The notes under the pieces: model-generated
What the model saw: only the letters and a program-made list of their open reading frames with translations
Told to the model about the DNA's origin: nothing
The model's database searches: none
Shown: positions 17,590 to 27,000 of the stretch, piece by piece
Numbering within the stretch: position 1 is the stretch's first letter
Layout: every line of letters begins with the position of its first letter
Position numbers and translations under genes: made by a program
Source of the DNA: an uncultured Candidatus Saccharibacteria bacterium
GTDB lineage: Bacteria > Patescibacteriota > Saccharimonadia > Saccharimonadales > CAZDBS01
Direction: 5' to 3'
NCBI GenBank assembly: GCA_964503775.1
Contig: CAZDBS010000002.1
Span: forward strand, 3,542 to 67,541
DNA: 64,000 nt

Positions 17590-17742
17590 ACTTCCTGGAA
17601 GTGGGATTTGAACCGGGTAGCCCATAGGGCCGGTTCGTAAGGAGGGAGTATCGCAGACCCGCCTTGGCGGGTCGAGAAACGGACTGACGGAATAGCGAAG
17701 CGTCATCCGGCCTCCGGAGCCAAGAGCATATATTTTACAAAG
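17590..17742 (+). ncRNA. unassigned structured RNA-like region (candidate sRNA or cis-regulatory leader of the DUF1697 gene)
   Basis: About 150 nt with no ORF of 60 aa or more, bracketed by two terminator-like hairpins. It contains stems GAACCGG...CCGGTTC, GACCCGC-CTTG-GCGGGTC and CCGG-CCT-CCGG, and a possible long-range GGAGG/CCTCC pairing. I could not match it to a known RNA family. Confidence 0.25.
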
Positions 17743-17776
17743 TATCCAGTACGCATTCACGCTACTGGATATTTTT
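17743..17776 (+). terminator. terminator/attenuator hairpin 25 nt upstream of the DUF1697 start
   Basis: A 9-bp stem TATCCAGTA/TACTGGATA with an 11-nt loop, followed by TTTTT. Confidence 0.5.
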
Positions 17777-17800
17777 ATTCACATCAAAGATAATTAGGGT

Positions 17801-18337
17801 GTGAGATATATCGCCTTGCTGCGCGGAATCAACGTTGGAGGAAATAATAAAGTTCCCATGGCCGAACTTAAAAGCTGTCTTGAGTCTATTGGCTTTGAAA
17901 ACGTCAAAACATATATTAATTCAGGAAACGTTATATTTGATAGTACAAAAGCAAGTAAGGCTGAGCTCATAAAGCTATGCGAGAAAGAGATTGAGCAGCG
18001 TTTTGGATTTCATGTTATATGCTCGGTGATCTTAGCCACTGAACTTCATGACGCAGTAGCTCATGCGCCTAGCTGGTGGTGTAAGGACGATATGTCTTCA
18101 CATAATGCCCTATTTGTCATAACTCCTGCGACACCAGAAATAATTATGAAAGAAATTGGTGACACTAAACCTGAATATGAAAAAGTCGCGGCCTACGGTC
18201 CAGTTATATTTTGGTCTGCACCAGTGAAAACTTTCGGGCGTACCCGTTTTAGTAAGATTGTTGGCACTCCTGCATATCGATCCATAACTATTAGAAACGC
18301 CAACACTACTAAAAAACTTGTTATGCTCAGCAAATAG
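17801..18337 (+). CDS. DUF1697-family protein
   Basis: The N-terminus MRYIALLRGINVGGNNKVPMAELK is the hallmark DUF1697 motif. GTG start. Confidence 0.75.
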   Translation: MRYIALLRGINVGGNNKVPMAELKSCLESIGFENVKTYINSGNVIFDSTKASKAELIKLCEKEIEQRFGFHVICSVILATELHDAVAHAPSWWCKDDMSSHNALFVITPATPEIIMKEIGDTKPEYEKVAAYGPVIFWSAPVKTFGRTRFSKIVGTPAYRSITIRNANTTKKLVMLSK

Positions 18338-18365
18338 GGCGAAAGTCCGTGACCACTATGCTGAG

Positions 18366-18407
18366 CCAAACAAAGAGTCGGGCCAACGGTCCGGCTTTTT
18401 GTTTGGT
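18366..18407. terminator. bidirectional rho-independent terminator between convergent DUF1697 and YdeI genes
   Basis: Stem AGTCGGGCC/GGTCCGGCT with an AAC loop, flanked by CCAAACAAAG upstream and CTTTTTGTTTGG downstream. Confidence 0.55.
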
Positions 18408-18522
18408 CTTCAGTACGCTGAAGTTCGAACCGAGGTTCGATAACGAAGTGTTGCGCACAGGAGCTCGCTCCGAGCACAACACAAGGCTATATGCGCGAAG
18501 GCGCTATAATCCGGCTTTCCGA

Positions 18523-18834
18523 CTACTTGGATTTTGATTGTTTACTGATCATCCATTTCATAGTTGGAGACAGCGGTTTGTCTTTGCGATGAATGCAGCC
18601 AGCCCAACAACAAGGGCGGCGCTTCCCCGATAGAAGTTCCTCTCTGATTCTCTCGATATGATTACGTCTTGTCTCTGGCTTCTTGTTCGTCACGACCCAG
18701 CAGATCCATTCATTACGCGCAAGTGGCGTGATGTCTTCCCATGCGGCTCGTACGTCCGGGGCAGACATCAAAACTTTCTTCAAATCATCAGGTACTTTAT
18801 GTACTACACCGCCAGAAATAACAGTTTTCGACAT
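18523..18834 (-). CDS. YdeI/OmpD-associated family protein
   Basis: ITPLARNEWICWVVTNKKPETRRNHIERIREELLSGKRRPCCW matches the YdeI/OmdA C-terminal pattern (P..R.E.I.WI...K.P.TR..RI). Confidence 0.55.
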   Translation of the reverse strand: MSKTVISGGVVHKVPDDLKKVLMSAPDVRAAWEDITPLARNEWICWVVTNKKPETRRNHIERIREELLSGKRRPCCWAGCIHRKDKPLSPTMKWMISKQSKSK

Positions 18835-18899
18835 AAGTTTATACTACGTAGTTTGTGTTTTTCGTTCAAGCAACACTGCAAGCTTGCTATCATTAACAG

Positions 18900-19050
18900 A
18901 TGGACACAAGAAGCTGGGCACTTAAACGATCACTGCCCTACATTCTACTTATCGGAGGGGCGGTTGGTGTATTCTGCTCGGGTATGCTCACTATCGAAAA
19001 ATTCAGCTTCTCAGGAACCCACATGCCCAACTAGCCTGTGACCTCAATCA
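18900..19050 (+). pseudogene. truncated, frameshifted remnant of a VKOR (vitamin K epoxide reductase homolog) gene
   Basis: ATG 18900 encodes MDTRSWALKRSLPYILLIGGAVGVFCSGMLTIEKFSFSGTHMPN*, which resembles the VKOR TM1 region (LLIGG...LT.EK). A +1 frame continues PHAQLACDLNQ, matching the conserved P....CD.N loop. Homology ends where the convergent ABC permease gene stops (19060). Confidence 0.45.
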
Positions 19051-19059
19051 AGAATTCGT

Positions 19060-20298
19060 CTATTCACGCCTTAGTGCGTCTATCGGATCGATGCGCTGAG
19101 CTCGTTTGGCCGGGAATAGTGCTACTAGTAAACCAACAAAAACCATGAAGCCTATAAGCGATAGTACCAGCCAGGCCGGAGTAGCAAAAAGCGTGAATTG
19201 ATTATTGACGCCTCTATTGCGCGCAAAATTGTTCATGAAGCTATTGACTATGAAACCGGTGAGCACGGCCATCATGATGCCTATACATGCCCCTACGATT
19301 GATAATAGCACCGCCTCAAAAATGAAAAGTTTGCTCATATCTCGATTTCGACCACCAAGCGCTATCATAAGTCCTATCTCTCGGGTGCGCTCTAGTAGCG
19401 AGATCGTGAGTGTGTTAAACATACCCAAGACCGCTACGATCATACCAATCGCACCGAAACCCACCAGTGCAAAATTAAACAATTTGAAAATTTGATTAAT
19501 CTGATCAATCGTGTCACTTGGAGAAGACGTTTCAAAACCAAGACTTTCGATCTGGCCGCGTAAGTCGGCGATATTCTCCGTCCGATCCGAGATAACTTTC
19601 ATCTGAGCGTAAATCGAAACTCCCACTTCTTCAAAGATACGACTTGGCACGAGAACCTCGCTACCTGCACCAGTGTCGATCACGCCGATTATCTTGAATG
19701 ATTGTTCGATAGATTGTTGCTTGGCGGTCGTGTTATTAAGTAATACGTACAGTGCGAGCGATTGATCGACTGCGCCTTTTGCATCTGCAAACCCAAGTGC
19801 ACTCCGTGCTGCATCGTTGATAACGATAGAGTCGGTGTCGTCAGCTTTCAATAATCGCCCGGATAAGACTGCAAATTCGCTTAGTGACTGGTAATCCTCG
19901 TTCAATCCATAGACGACTGCGTCAATCTCGCTCCCCTTTTGCTTCATGCTTCCTGGGAAAGAAAATTGCAGACCTGCCTTTTCAATATGTGGGAGGTTCC
20001 TGATTCTTTCAACACTGGCAGTATCGAGCTTAATAATCTTGGAATTGGGTGTCGAAATATCGACTGATTTGACCGAGCGACTTCCTACTACTTCCTTAGT
20101 TACTAGATTCTGCAACCCAATTCCAAATGACAACAGGAAAAATATCGCACCAATCCCGATGATGACACCGAATAGAGTTAAGAATGTTCGTAATTTCTTG
20201 CTTGATAGATTCCGCCAGGCAATGTGGACAATAATATGCAGCGGTACTGATGAATACTTCTGTGGTGGTGGATTCGTGTCTTTAGGTTCGGATGTCAT
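19060..20298 (-). CDS. ABC transporter permease, FtsX/MacB type
   Basis: 412 aa with an N-terminal TM, a large periplasmic-type domain and three C-terminal TMs (FtsX fold), ending in RIDPIDALRRE. Confidence 0.8.
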   Translation of the reverse strand: MTSEPKDTNPPPQKYSSVPLHIIVHIAWRNLSSKKLRTFLTLFGVIIGIGAIFFLLSFGIGLQNLVTKEVVGSRSVKSVDISTPNSKIIKLDTASVERIRNLPHIEKAGLQFSFPGSMKQKGSEIDAVVYGLNEDYQSLSEFAVLSGRLLKADDTDSIVINDAARSALGFADAKGAVDQSLALYVLLNNTTAKQQSIEQSFKIIGVIDTGAGSEVLVPSRIFEEVGVSIYAQMKVISDRTENIADLRGQIESLGFETSSPSDTIDQINQIFKLFNFALVGFGAIGMIVAVLGMFNTLTISLLERTREIGLMIALGGRNRDMSKLFIFEAVLLSIVGACIGIMMAVLTGFIVNSFMNNFARNRGVNNQFTLFATPAWLVLSLIGFMVFVGLLVALFPAKRAQRIDPIDALRRE

Positions 20299-21091
20299 GT
20301 TGTAGTTGTCCTTGTTTTATCTCCTTGTCGGCTTTGGAGGCTATCAATCCATTGATACGATTTCTCATCTCCTCAATCATGGTGTTGGTCGTAGTGCCAA
20401 TTGATCCGCTGCTCATTTCCCGCACCTCCCCATCCTCAATATGCAGCAGACGATCGGCCAATGGTAGGTACTCCATGTTGTGAGTCACAAGAATAACTGT
20501 TCTTTTGAACTCAGACTGACAACTTTGGAGAAGCTGCATAATCATATCTCCGTTTTTACTATCCAGACTTCCCGTAGGTTCATCGGCTATCACAAACAAT
20601 GGATCGTTTACAAGCGCCCGAGCCATAGCTACACGCTGTTGCTCACCACCAGAGAGTAATATCGGCATCTTTTTTGCATACTGAGTCATATTTACTCGTT
20701 CCAGGGCAATCTGTGCAATTTTTGCGGCTTTTGTACGAGAGTATCCCATGAAATACAAAGGCATTGATACGTTCTCGATAACATTGAGGCTTTTAACCCA
20801 GTAGTTTGTCTGGTAAACGATACCGATACGACTAGCGCGAAAATGTGCAAGTTCATCTGGTTTAAGAGAGTACAGCTCCCTGTCCTCAAACAACACCTTG
20901 CCGCCGGTTGGTTTCTGTAAACCAGTGAGAACATTGAGAAGTGTTGATTTACCACTACCAGACGGACCATAGATAATATTGAAGCTATTTTCGGTGATCT
21001 CGAAGTTGGCCCGCTTCAGTGGTGTAATTACTTCATCGCCAACTTTAAAGTCTTGCTGTATATCGGTGGCTTGGATGAGAACGCTAGCCAT
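20282..21091 (-). CDS. ABC transporter ATP-binding protein (MacB/LolD type)
   Basis: Walker [10 protein letters not shown], signature LSGGEQQR, Walker B FVIADEPT and the H-loop VTHN. Confidence 0.9.
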   Translation of the reverse strand: MASVLIQATDIQQDFKVGDEVITPLKRANFEITENSFNIIYGPSGSGKSTLLNVLTGLQKPTGGKVLFEDRELYSLKPDELAHFRASRIGIVYQTNYWVKSLNVIENVSMPLYFMGYSRTKAAKIAQIALERVNMTQYAKKMPILLSGGEQQRVAMARALVNDPLFVIADEPTGSLDSKNGDMIMQLLQSCQSEFKRTVILVTHNMEYLPLADRLLHIEDGEVREMSSGSIGTTTNTMIEEMRNRINGLIASKADKEIKQGQLQHDIRT

Positions 21092-21094
21092 ATA

Positions 21095-24000
21095 CTAAAA
21101 CCCAAATACCTTTCTAAGCGTATCCAATACAATAGTCAGCACACTGTCAGAAGCCCTACCGATGATTGCTGGTTGCACTTCCCCGGTTCCGGCGTTGCCC
21201 GAACGGTCTCTAGATACAGGCAAGACACTGTATACCTTGGAGGTAGGCAAGTCTGAGACAATGACCACATGCTCGGTACTTAAACTAGTATCTTCGGCTG
21301 TCTTACTACTAAATGATTTAGCGCCTGAGCCCTCGGCATAAGTGACTTGACTGGAAGCGGGTTCATCAGTATGCCACGATACCACAACCTGACCACGTGC
21401 TTCAGCGCCAACTCCACGAATTGATGGCTCAACTGAGATATTGCTGATTTTTGGCGGGCGGGTGTCTAGGGCTGTTCTAAATGATTGTTGATCCGAAACC
21501 GCCAGATTACCAGCTTCATCTCTAGATTGAGCTATGAGTGTATACTGGCTGTCGTCTTGCAAATCCCGGATAACGATCTCGTGTTTGGTCACGAGATCCG
21601 ATATTTGGGAGTCAACCGTCCTCCCACCGACGATACCGTAACTCGCCATTGTGTTTGAGGGTACGTTCGTTTCCCAGCTCACCATTTGTGTACTAGTGGG
21701 CTCGCCCGAAACCGGCTGGAACCGTAGGTTAGTTATCCGAGGACGCGGTGGTGTCGTGAAAGATGCCACATTCCCCTCATAACTATTTCCTTCTCCATCC
21801 AGGCTTACAAGCTTGTAGAAGTACTTGACTCCATCATCGAGCCCCGTAAGCTCAACGCTATAGGTTGACTCGCTGAAGGAAGTATTGACTGATTCAATAC
21901 CTCCATAAGCCTCAGATTTTCCGAAATAAACCGACACCTTGCTAGCGTCTTTGGAGGTGAATTGTATGGTTGCCGATGTCAGGCCAACTCGTATGGCCGA
22001 AACTTCCTTAAGAGTTGGGGCTGGTGCAGTGGTAAATACATATTCTTGACTCGTCCCCGTGTTACCATCTTCATCCGTCCACTTACATACGAAATAGTAG
22101 GTAGTACCAGCAGCAAGATTATCAAGATTTATCTGATGTGCACTTACTTGATCAGAGTTCCCTATCTCGCTGGCACTGTACTCGCCACTTTTTGTACCAA
22201 TCGCGATCTTAGAATCACTGTTTCGATCCGTACTCCAAGATATACTGACCTTGCGAGTCGTTATATCGCTCACTACCGGCTCGGCGACGAGCGTAGCTGG
22301 TGAGGTGAACTTACCGGTTGGTAGCGCGTCCACAACTGTACTGTCTGCACCACAGTTGTTTGTACTATCGCAGGCTCTTACGCGGTAATAATACGTCTGC
22401 TGAGTCAATCCAGCATCGATGTATGTTGTACTAGAGCTACTGCCTACAAAACTAAAAGTTGAGTTGTCTATAGAGCGGTAGACTTTGTAGCTAGCAATAC
22501 CGGCTCCAACGCTACTAGGTGGATCCCACGTCAATGCCAATCGCCAGTTACTTGTAGCCTTAATCGATACATCCACGATATCGGCGTTGCGAGGTATACC
22601 CGGCGCAGTGGTATTGGCGGTGAAGTCTGCCTGCACATAATTGGAGTAATTGATATTCCCCGATTCGTCCTTGGCGACGACATATACTGTATTGATGCCC
22701 GGTTGAGTTGCGTATGCACCTGAACCCAAACTAGTCGTTCCGGAATTTGTGAATATACATGTACTTTCAGACGGCAGCGCATTAAACGTATAACAATAGG
22801 TCAGACTATTCTCGTTGCCTACAAAAGTGCTTGGCGCAAACCACGAGAACGAAAATGCATTTGTCGTGTTTGATGATGGGCTTGGTGTAAGTCCCTGCGG
22901 TGCGCTTGGAGCCGAGGACGTGTTCACCTTCAAAGCCGCGGTTGTATAGCTAGTCGTGACATTACCAGCCTGATCCCAAGTCCTTACATAAACCGTATTT
23001 ACACCTTCTATAATATTCGCAAAATCGGGACTGTTCTGAGTTGTATAACTTCCGTCATTAGTCAGAAGATCTCCACTATCACCAGTCCCGGTATGGCTGT
23101 CACCATACCACGTCGTAGCGCCAATACGATACTGCAATCCAGCAAGCCCAGAATTAGCGTCACTTGGTGAGCCCGCCCCAACGCTCGGCCACGTTAGTGT
23201 AGTCGTCTTGGTGTTGATATATCCTGCTGGAACAGTAATGTATCCAGGATTACCTGGCGCTGTGTTGTCAAATCTAAAGTGGAACTGTGTTGAACCGGTA
23301 GTAATATTGCCAGCTTTGTCGATGGTCTTGATAGTCAAGTAATACGGAGAATTACTGGTCGACAATGCTGTGGCGATATATCCAGCCGTGGAAGTATCGA
23401 TGCTTGCTGATCCGATAATAAACTGACAGTGATTGTCCGTCGTAACCGGAGAGGTTCCGAGTATCCCCTTGGTAGTGACTGGATCGGCAGTATTGTCTGT
23501 TCCAAGATATAAGCAGTAGCCCATAATTCCTGATTCTGCATCAGTTCCAGCATCCCAGCTGAAGTACGGCGAACTACCGTTCGTCCACGCGTTTTGCGAC
23601 AATGACGAGCCACCCGCTGCTTTAAGCGCCGTTATATTAGCCGCATTTGTGGCTGGTGCAGTGGTGTCGGAAGTGGCCGCCAAAGTAACACTATTGAGCG
23701 CAACTTGCTGATTACCATTACCAGTCAGGACCGCCTGCCACTTAATACCGTTGAACCCCACAGGTAACGTAGAAATATTTGTATCGATATCGGCAGCCGT
23801 ACTAACTTCAGAAATTGATGATGAAGTCGACCATGAATCACCGTCCCAATACTCCCATGTCGTCCCACTATCAATCGACAGACGGTACATGACCGTCCCT
23901 CCAGCTGGCACCTCGTCGGCCGTGAAGTTGTCCCAACTCCACACACCACTCGTGCGTACAGCGGAGTTTAGTGTTATCGACTGCGGTGAAATGGTGTAGG

Positions 24001-27000
24001 GTTTTGTCGTAAACCCTGGACGGACAGATGAGCTAATTCGTAGTTCATCGAGGGATCCTGTGAAATAGCCCTGTCCGATCCCAGCTTCGCTTGATCCGAA
24101 TGTTGAGCCAATGAGTAATGACTGGGCGGTATCCGGAATAGTTAGTGATGCACCAACTTGGGAGTCAACCACTCCATCGATGTAGAGCTTCATGGTCGAT
24201 CCGTCGTATGTCGCCGCTATGTGATGCCAGGCGGTGTCCTGCCCGACTGTTGCGGATTGCAGAAAGCCGTTGTTACCGTATGACCAGATCTGCGCATCGC
24301 TATTCGCAGTGTTACCCAGGCCGGCATAGAGTTTGCCTTTGTAGACACTAAAGCTCTGGACTGTCTCAATAATGTTTGCTGCCCATCCAGAATTTATCCC
24401 CCCACCTCCAATCTTACTCCAGTTGCCGCTATTGAACTCCCAGACCTCACCATCGCCAATGCTGTTGCCAAGACCAGCGTAGAGTTTGCCATTATAGACC
24501 ACTAGGGTCTTCGTCTGTTCGTACTGCCCATCAGTCCAGCCATTGTTCAATCCATCTCCGCCGATTTGTGTCCAGGTTGTGCCGTTGTATTTCCACACCT
24601 CAGCATCAGCTGTGCTGTTGCCTAGTCCAGCGTAGAGTTCGCCGTTATACGGCATGAGCGACTCAACTTGTTCGTATACAGTATTCCAACTACTGTTGAC
24701 ACCATCCCCGCCGACTTTGTTCCAAACACTGCCGTTCCAGCTCCAAACTTCAGCGTCATTAGCCGATGCTCCCAGGCCGGCATACAGGTTGCCGCCATAA
24801 ACAGCCATTGATGCAACTCGTTCGAAACTCGTAGTCCAACCGTTATTAAGACTATCGCCGCCGATCTTAAGCCATGTCGAACCATCCCATCGCCATACCT
24901 CGGCGTCGTTAGCAGAATTACCGATACCGGCATACAGGTTGCCGCCATAGGTTGCAAGTGAGCTAACCTCTTCGAAGTTCGTAGTCCAACCGTTATTAAG
25001 ACTATCGCCGCCGATCTTAAGCCATGTCGAACCATCCCATCGCCATACCTCGGCGTCGTTAGCTGTTGTCCCAAGTCCTACGTACAGATTACCACCATAG
25101 CTAACCATGCTCAGGACGTTTTCGTAGGTCTTCGCTGCCCAGCTGCCATTGATCCCTTGTCCACCTACAATTTGCCAGGTTGACCCGTCAAAACGCCAGA
25201 CCATCGCGTTACCGGCCACCGTATTACCCGTGCCCGCATACAGGTACCCACCTGATACGGTCATCACCTCGACACTTTGAAGATTGTAGAACCCCCAGCT
25301 ATTGTTGACATAGCCGCCACCAATGAGCGTCCAGGTCGTACCGTTAAACGACCAGACCTCCGAGTTATTTCCAGTGGCCTGCAACCCAGCATAGAGAGTG
25401 CTATTGGCGTAAAGAAGCGACTGGACAACAGTATGCGTGTTTGCAAAACCACTGTTCACCCCGTCTCCGCCGATCTTAGCCCAGGCCGAACCGTTCCATC
25501 TATATACTTCGTTATCGCCAGCCGATGCTCCCAGGCCGGCATAGAGATTTGTTCCGTCATCCGCGAAGCTATAGACCCCCTCATATGACGATGCATCCCA
25601 TGACGAGTTGACGGTGTCGCCACCAATCTTAGCCCAGGTACTACCGTTATACATCCAAACCTCAGCATCCCCAGCCGTTGTCCCCAGACCAACGTAAAGA
25701 TTTGAACCAAAATACCTGAGGCTGATTCCGGTCTCATAGGTTGATGACGCCCAGCTAGAATTCAATGTGTCGCCTCCAATTTGTGTCCAGGTTGTGCCAT
25801 TCAGTCTCCAAATATCAGCATCACCAGCTGTGCTACCCATCGCCACATACACATTGGTTCCGTCGTTTGACATCCCGTAGATTGCTTCGTAACCAGTTGT
25901 AAAGGCATTGTAAGGGGCGCCAATTCCGAATCCTCCTACCCACGTCCAGGCTGAGCCATTCCATCGGTAAACCCGAGCATCATTGGCGCTCAGCCCAAGG
26001 CCCACGTATAGATTGCCTCCCATGACCGTCATAGAATCCACCTCTTCGTAGGTATTTACGGCCCATCCGGAGTTAATGCCATCTCCGCCGATTTTGGTCC
26101 ACGACGCACAACCTGTAGATGTGTCGCAGCTCCACACCTCAGCATCGCCAGCCGTACTTCCTAGTCCGGCATACAAAATGTTGCCACTGTAGTTAAGCGT
26201 GGTAACGTTCTCGAATGTCAGATCGGCCCAGCTGCTGTTTTTACCGTCCCCGCCTACTTGTGACCACGTAGACCCATCCCATTTCCATACTTCGGCATCA
26301 CCGACCGCATTGCCCAAACCAACATAAAGATTACTGCCGATGTATTGTTGGGCATTAACTGCCAACTTGCCATTCAGATCCCAGCTGCCATTGATGTCAT
26401 TGCCGGCCCGCTGTGTCCAAGTAGTCGCAGTGGAATTGGCTAGTTCGTAGGTAATTTTGCCAGTTTCCTGATCGTAATACATCTTGAATGCACCCTTATC
26501 CACCACGCCTTGTTTCTGGCTATGCGAAGTACTGCTGAATGTGCTGGAAAATTTTGTCCAAGCTTCGATAGTGTTGTTCTGAGATAACGACAAAGACCCA
26601 CTATCTGGCGCCGAGAAGTTCTGGCTAGTACCATTAAGTGTTGCGGCGTTGTTCAGATTTCCGGCAATCCAAGTCGGGGCGCTAGCTGTGGTTGCGTTGT
26701 TGGTGTTGGGGGAGCTATCTTCAAGAGATGTTCCAGAGCTATGATCAAAATGGTATAGCGCTGAGGTGTTAGCATCGCTGGTGTAATTCTGCGCTTTTAG
26801 GCGAATACTCGAGCCAGATGCTTCAAGTCCGCTATCAAGCGTGTAGGGATCTGTATCAGAAAAATCCCATACGTCACTGAGATCAGACAGTGCTCTGACG
26901 GCTCCGTATGAATTCAGGACCACTATGAATACGCCCAAGATGTATAGAGCAAGAACGGAGTAATGAACATGGGGGTGCTTATCCCAAGCATGCCATCGAT

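Noticed and set aside
17596-17630. TGGAAGTGGGATTTGAACC resembles the reverse complement of a tRNA/tmRNA T-arm plus acceptor end (GGTTCAAATCC), which would suggest a tRNA gene or an att-site tRNA fragment on the minus strand.
   Set aside because: The 5' half of the T-stem does not pair (CCCGG against CCCAC). I could not build a D-arm, anticodon arm or acceptor stem, and there is no CCA. At most it is a short fragment, so it is not called as a tRNA.
18349-18537. A 62-aa plus-strand ORF in the DUF1697/YdeI convergent spacer.
   Set aside because: It runs straight through a terminator and three hairpins and has no RBS. The sequence looks like translated structure rather than protein.
24622-25074. 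A 150-aa same-strand ORF in an alternative reading frame, plus many other 60-115-aa ORFs on both strands, inside the giant gene (e.g. 21962-22303, 25277-25588, 25456-25737).
   Set aside because: They are shadow ORFs created by the repetitive, stop-poor composition of the giant gene. Their sequences are low-complexity and the repeats are mirrored in them.
24275-26386. Regular ~150-nt periodic repeats that could be mistaken for a CRISPR array or satellite.
   Set aside because: The repeats are in frame inside a 6.1-kb ORF and encode a 50-aa protein repeat. There is no short-repeat/unique-spacer organisation.
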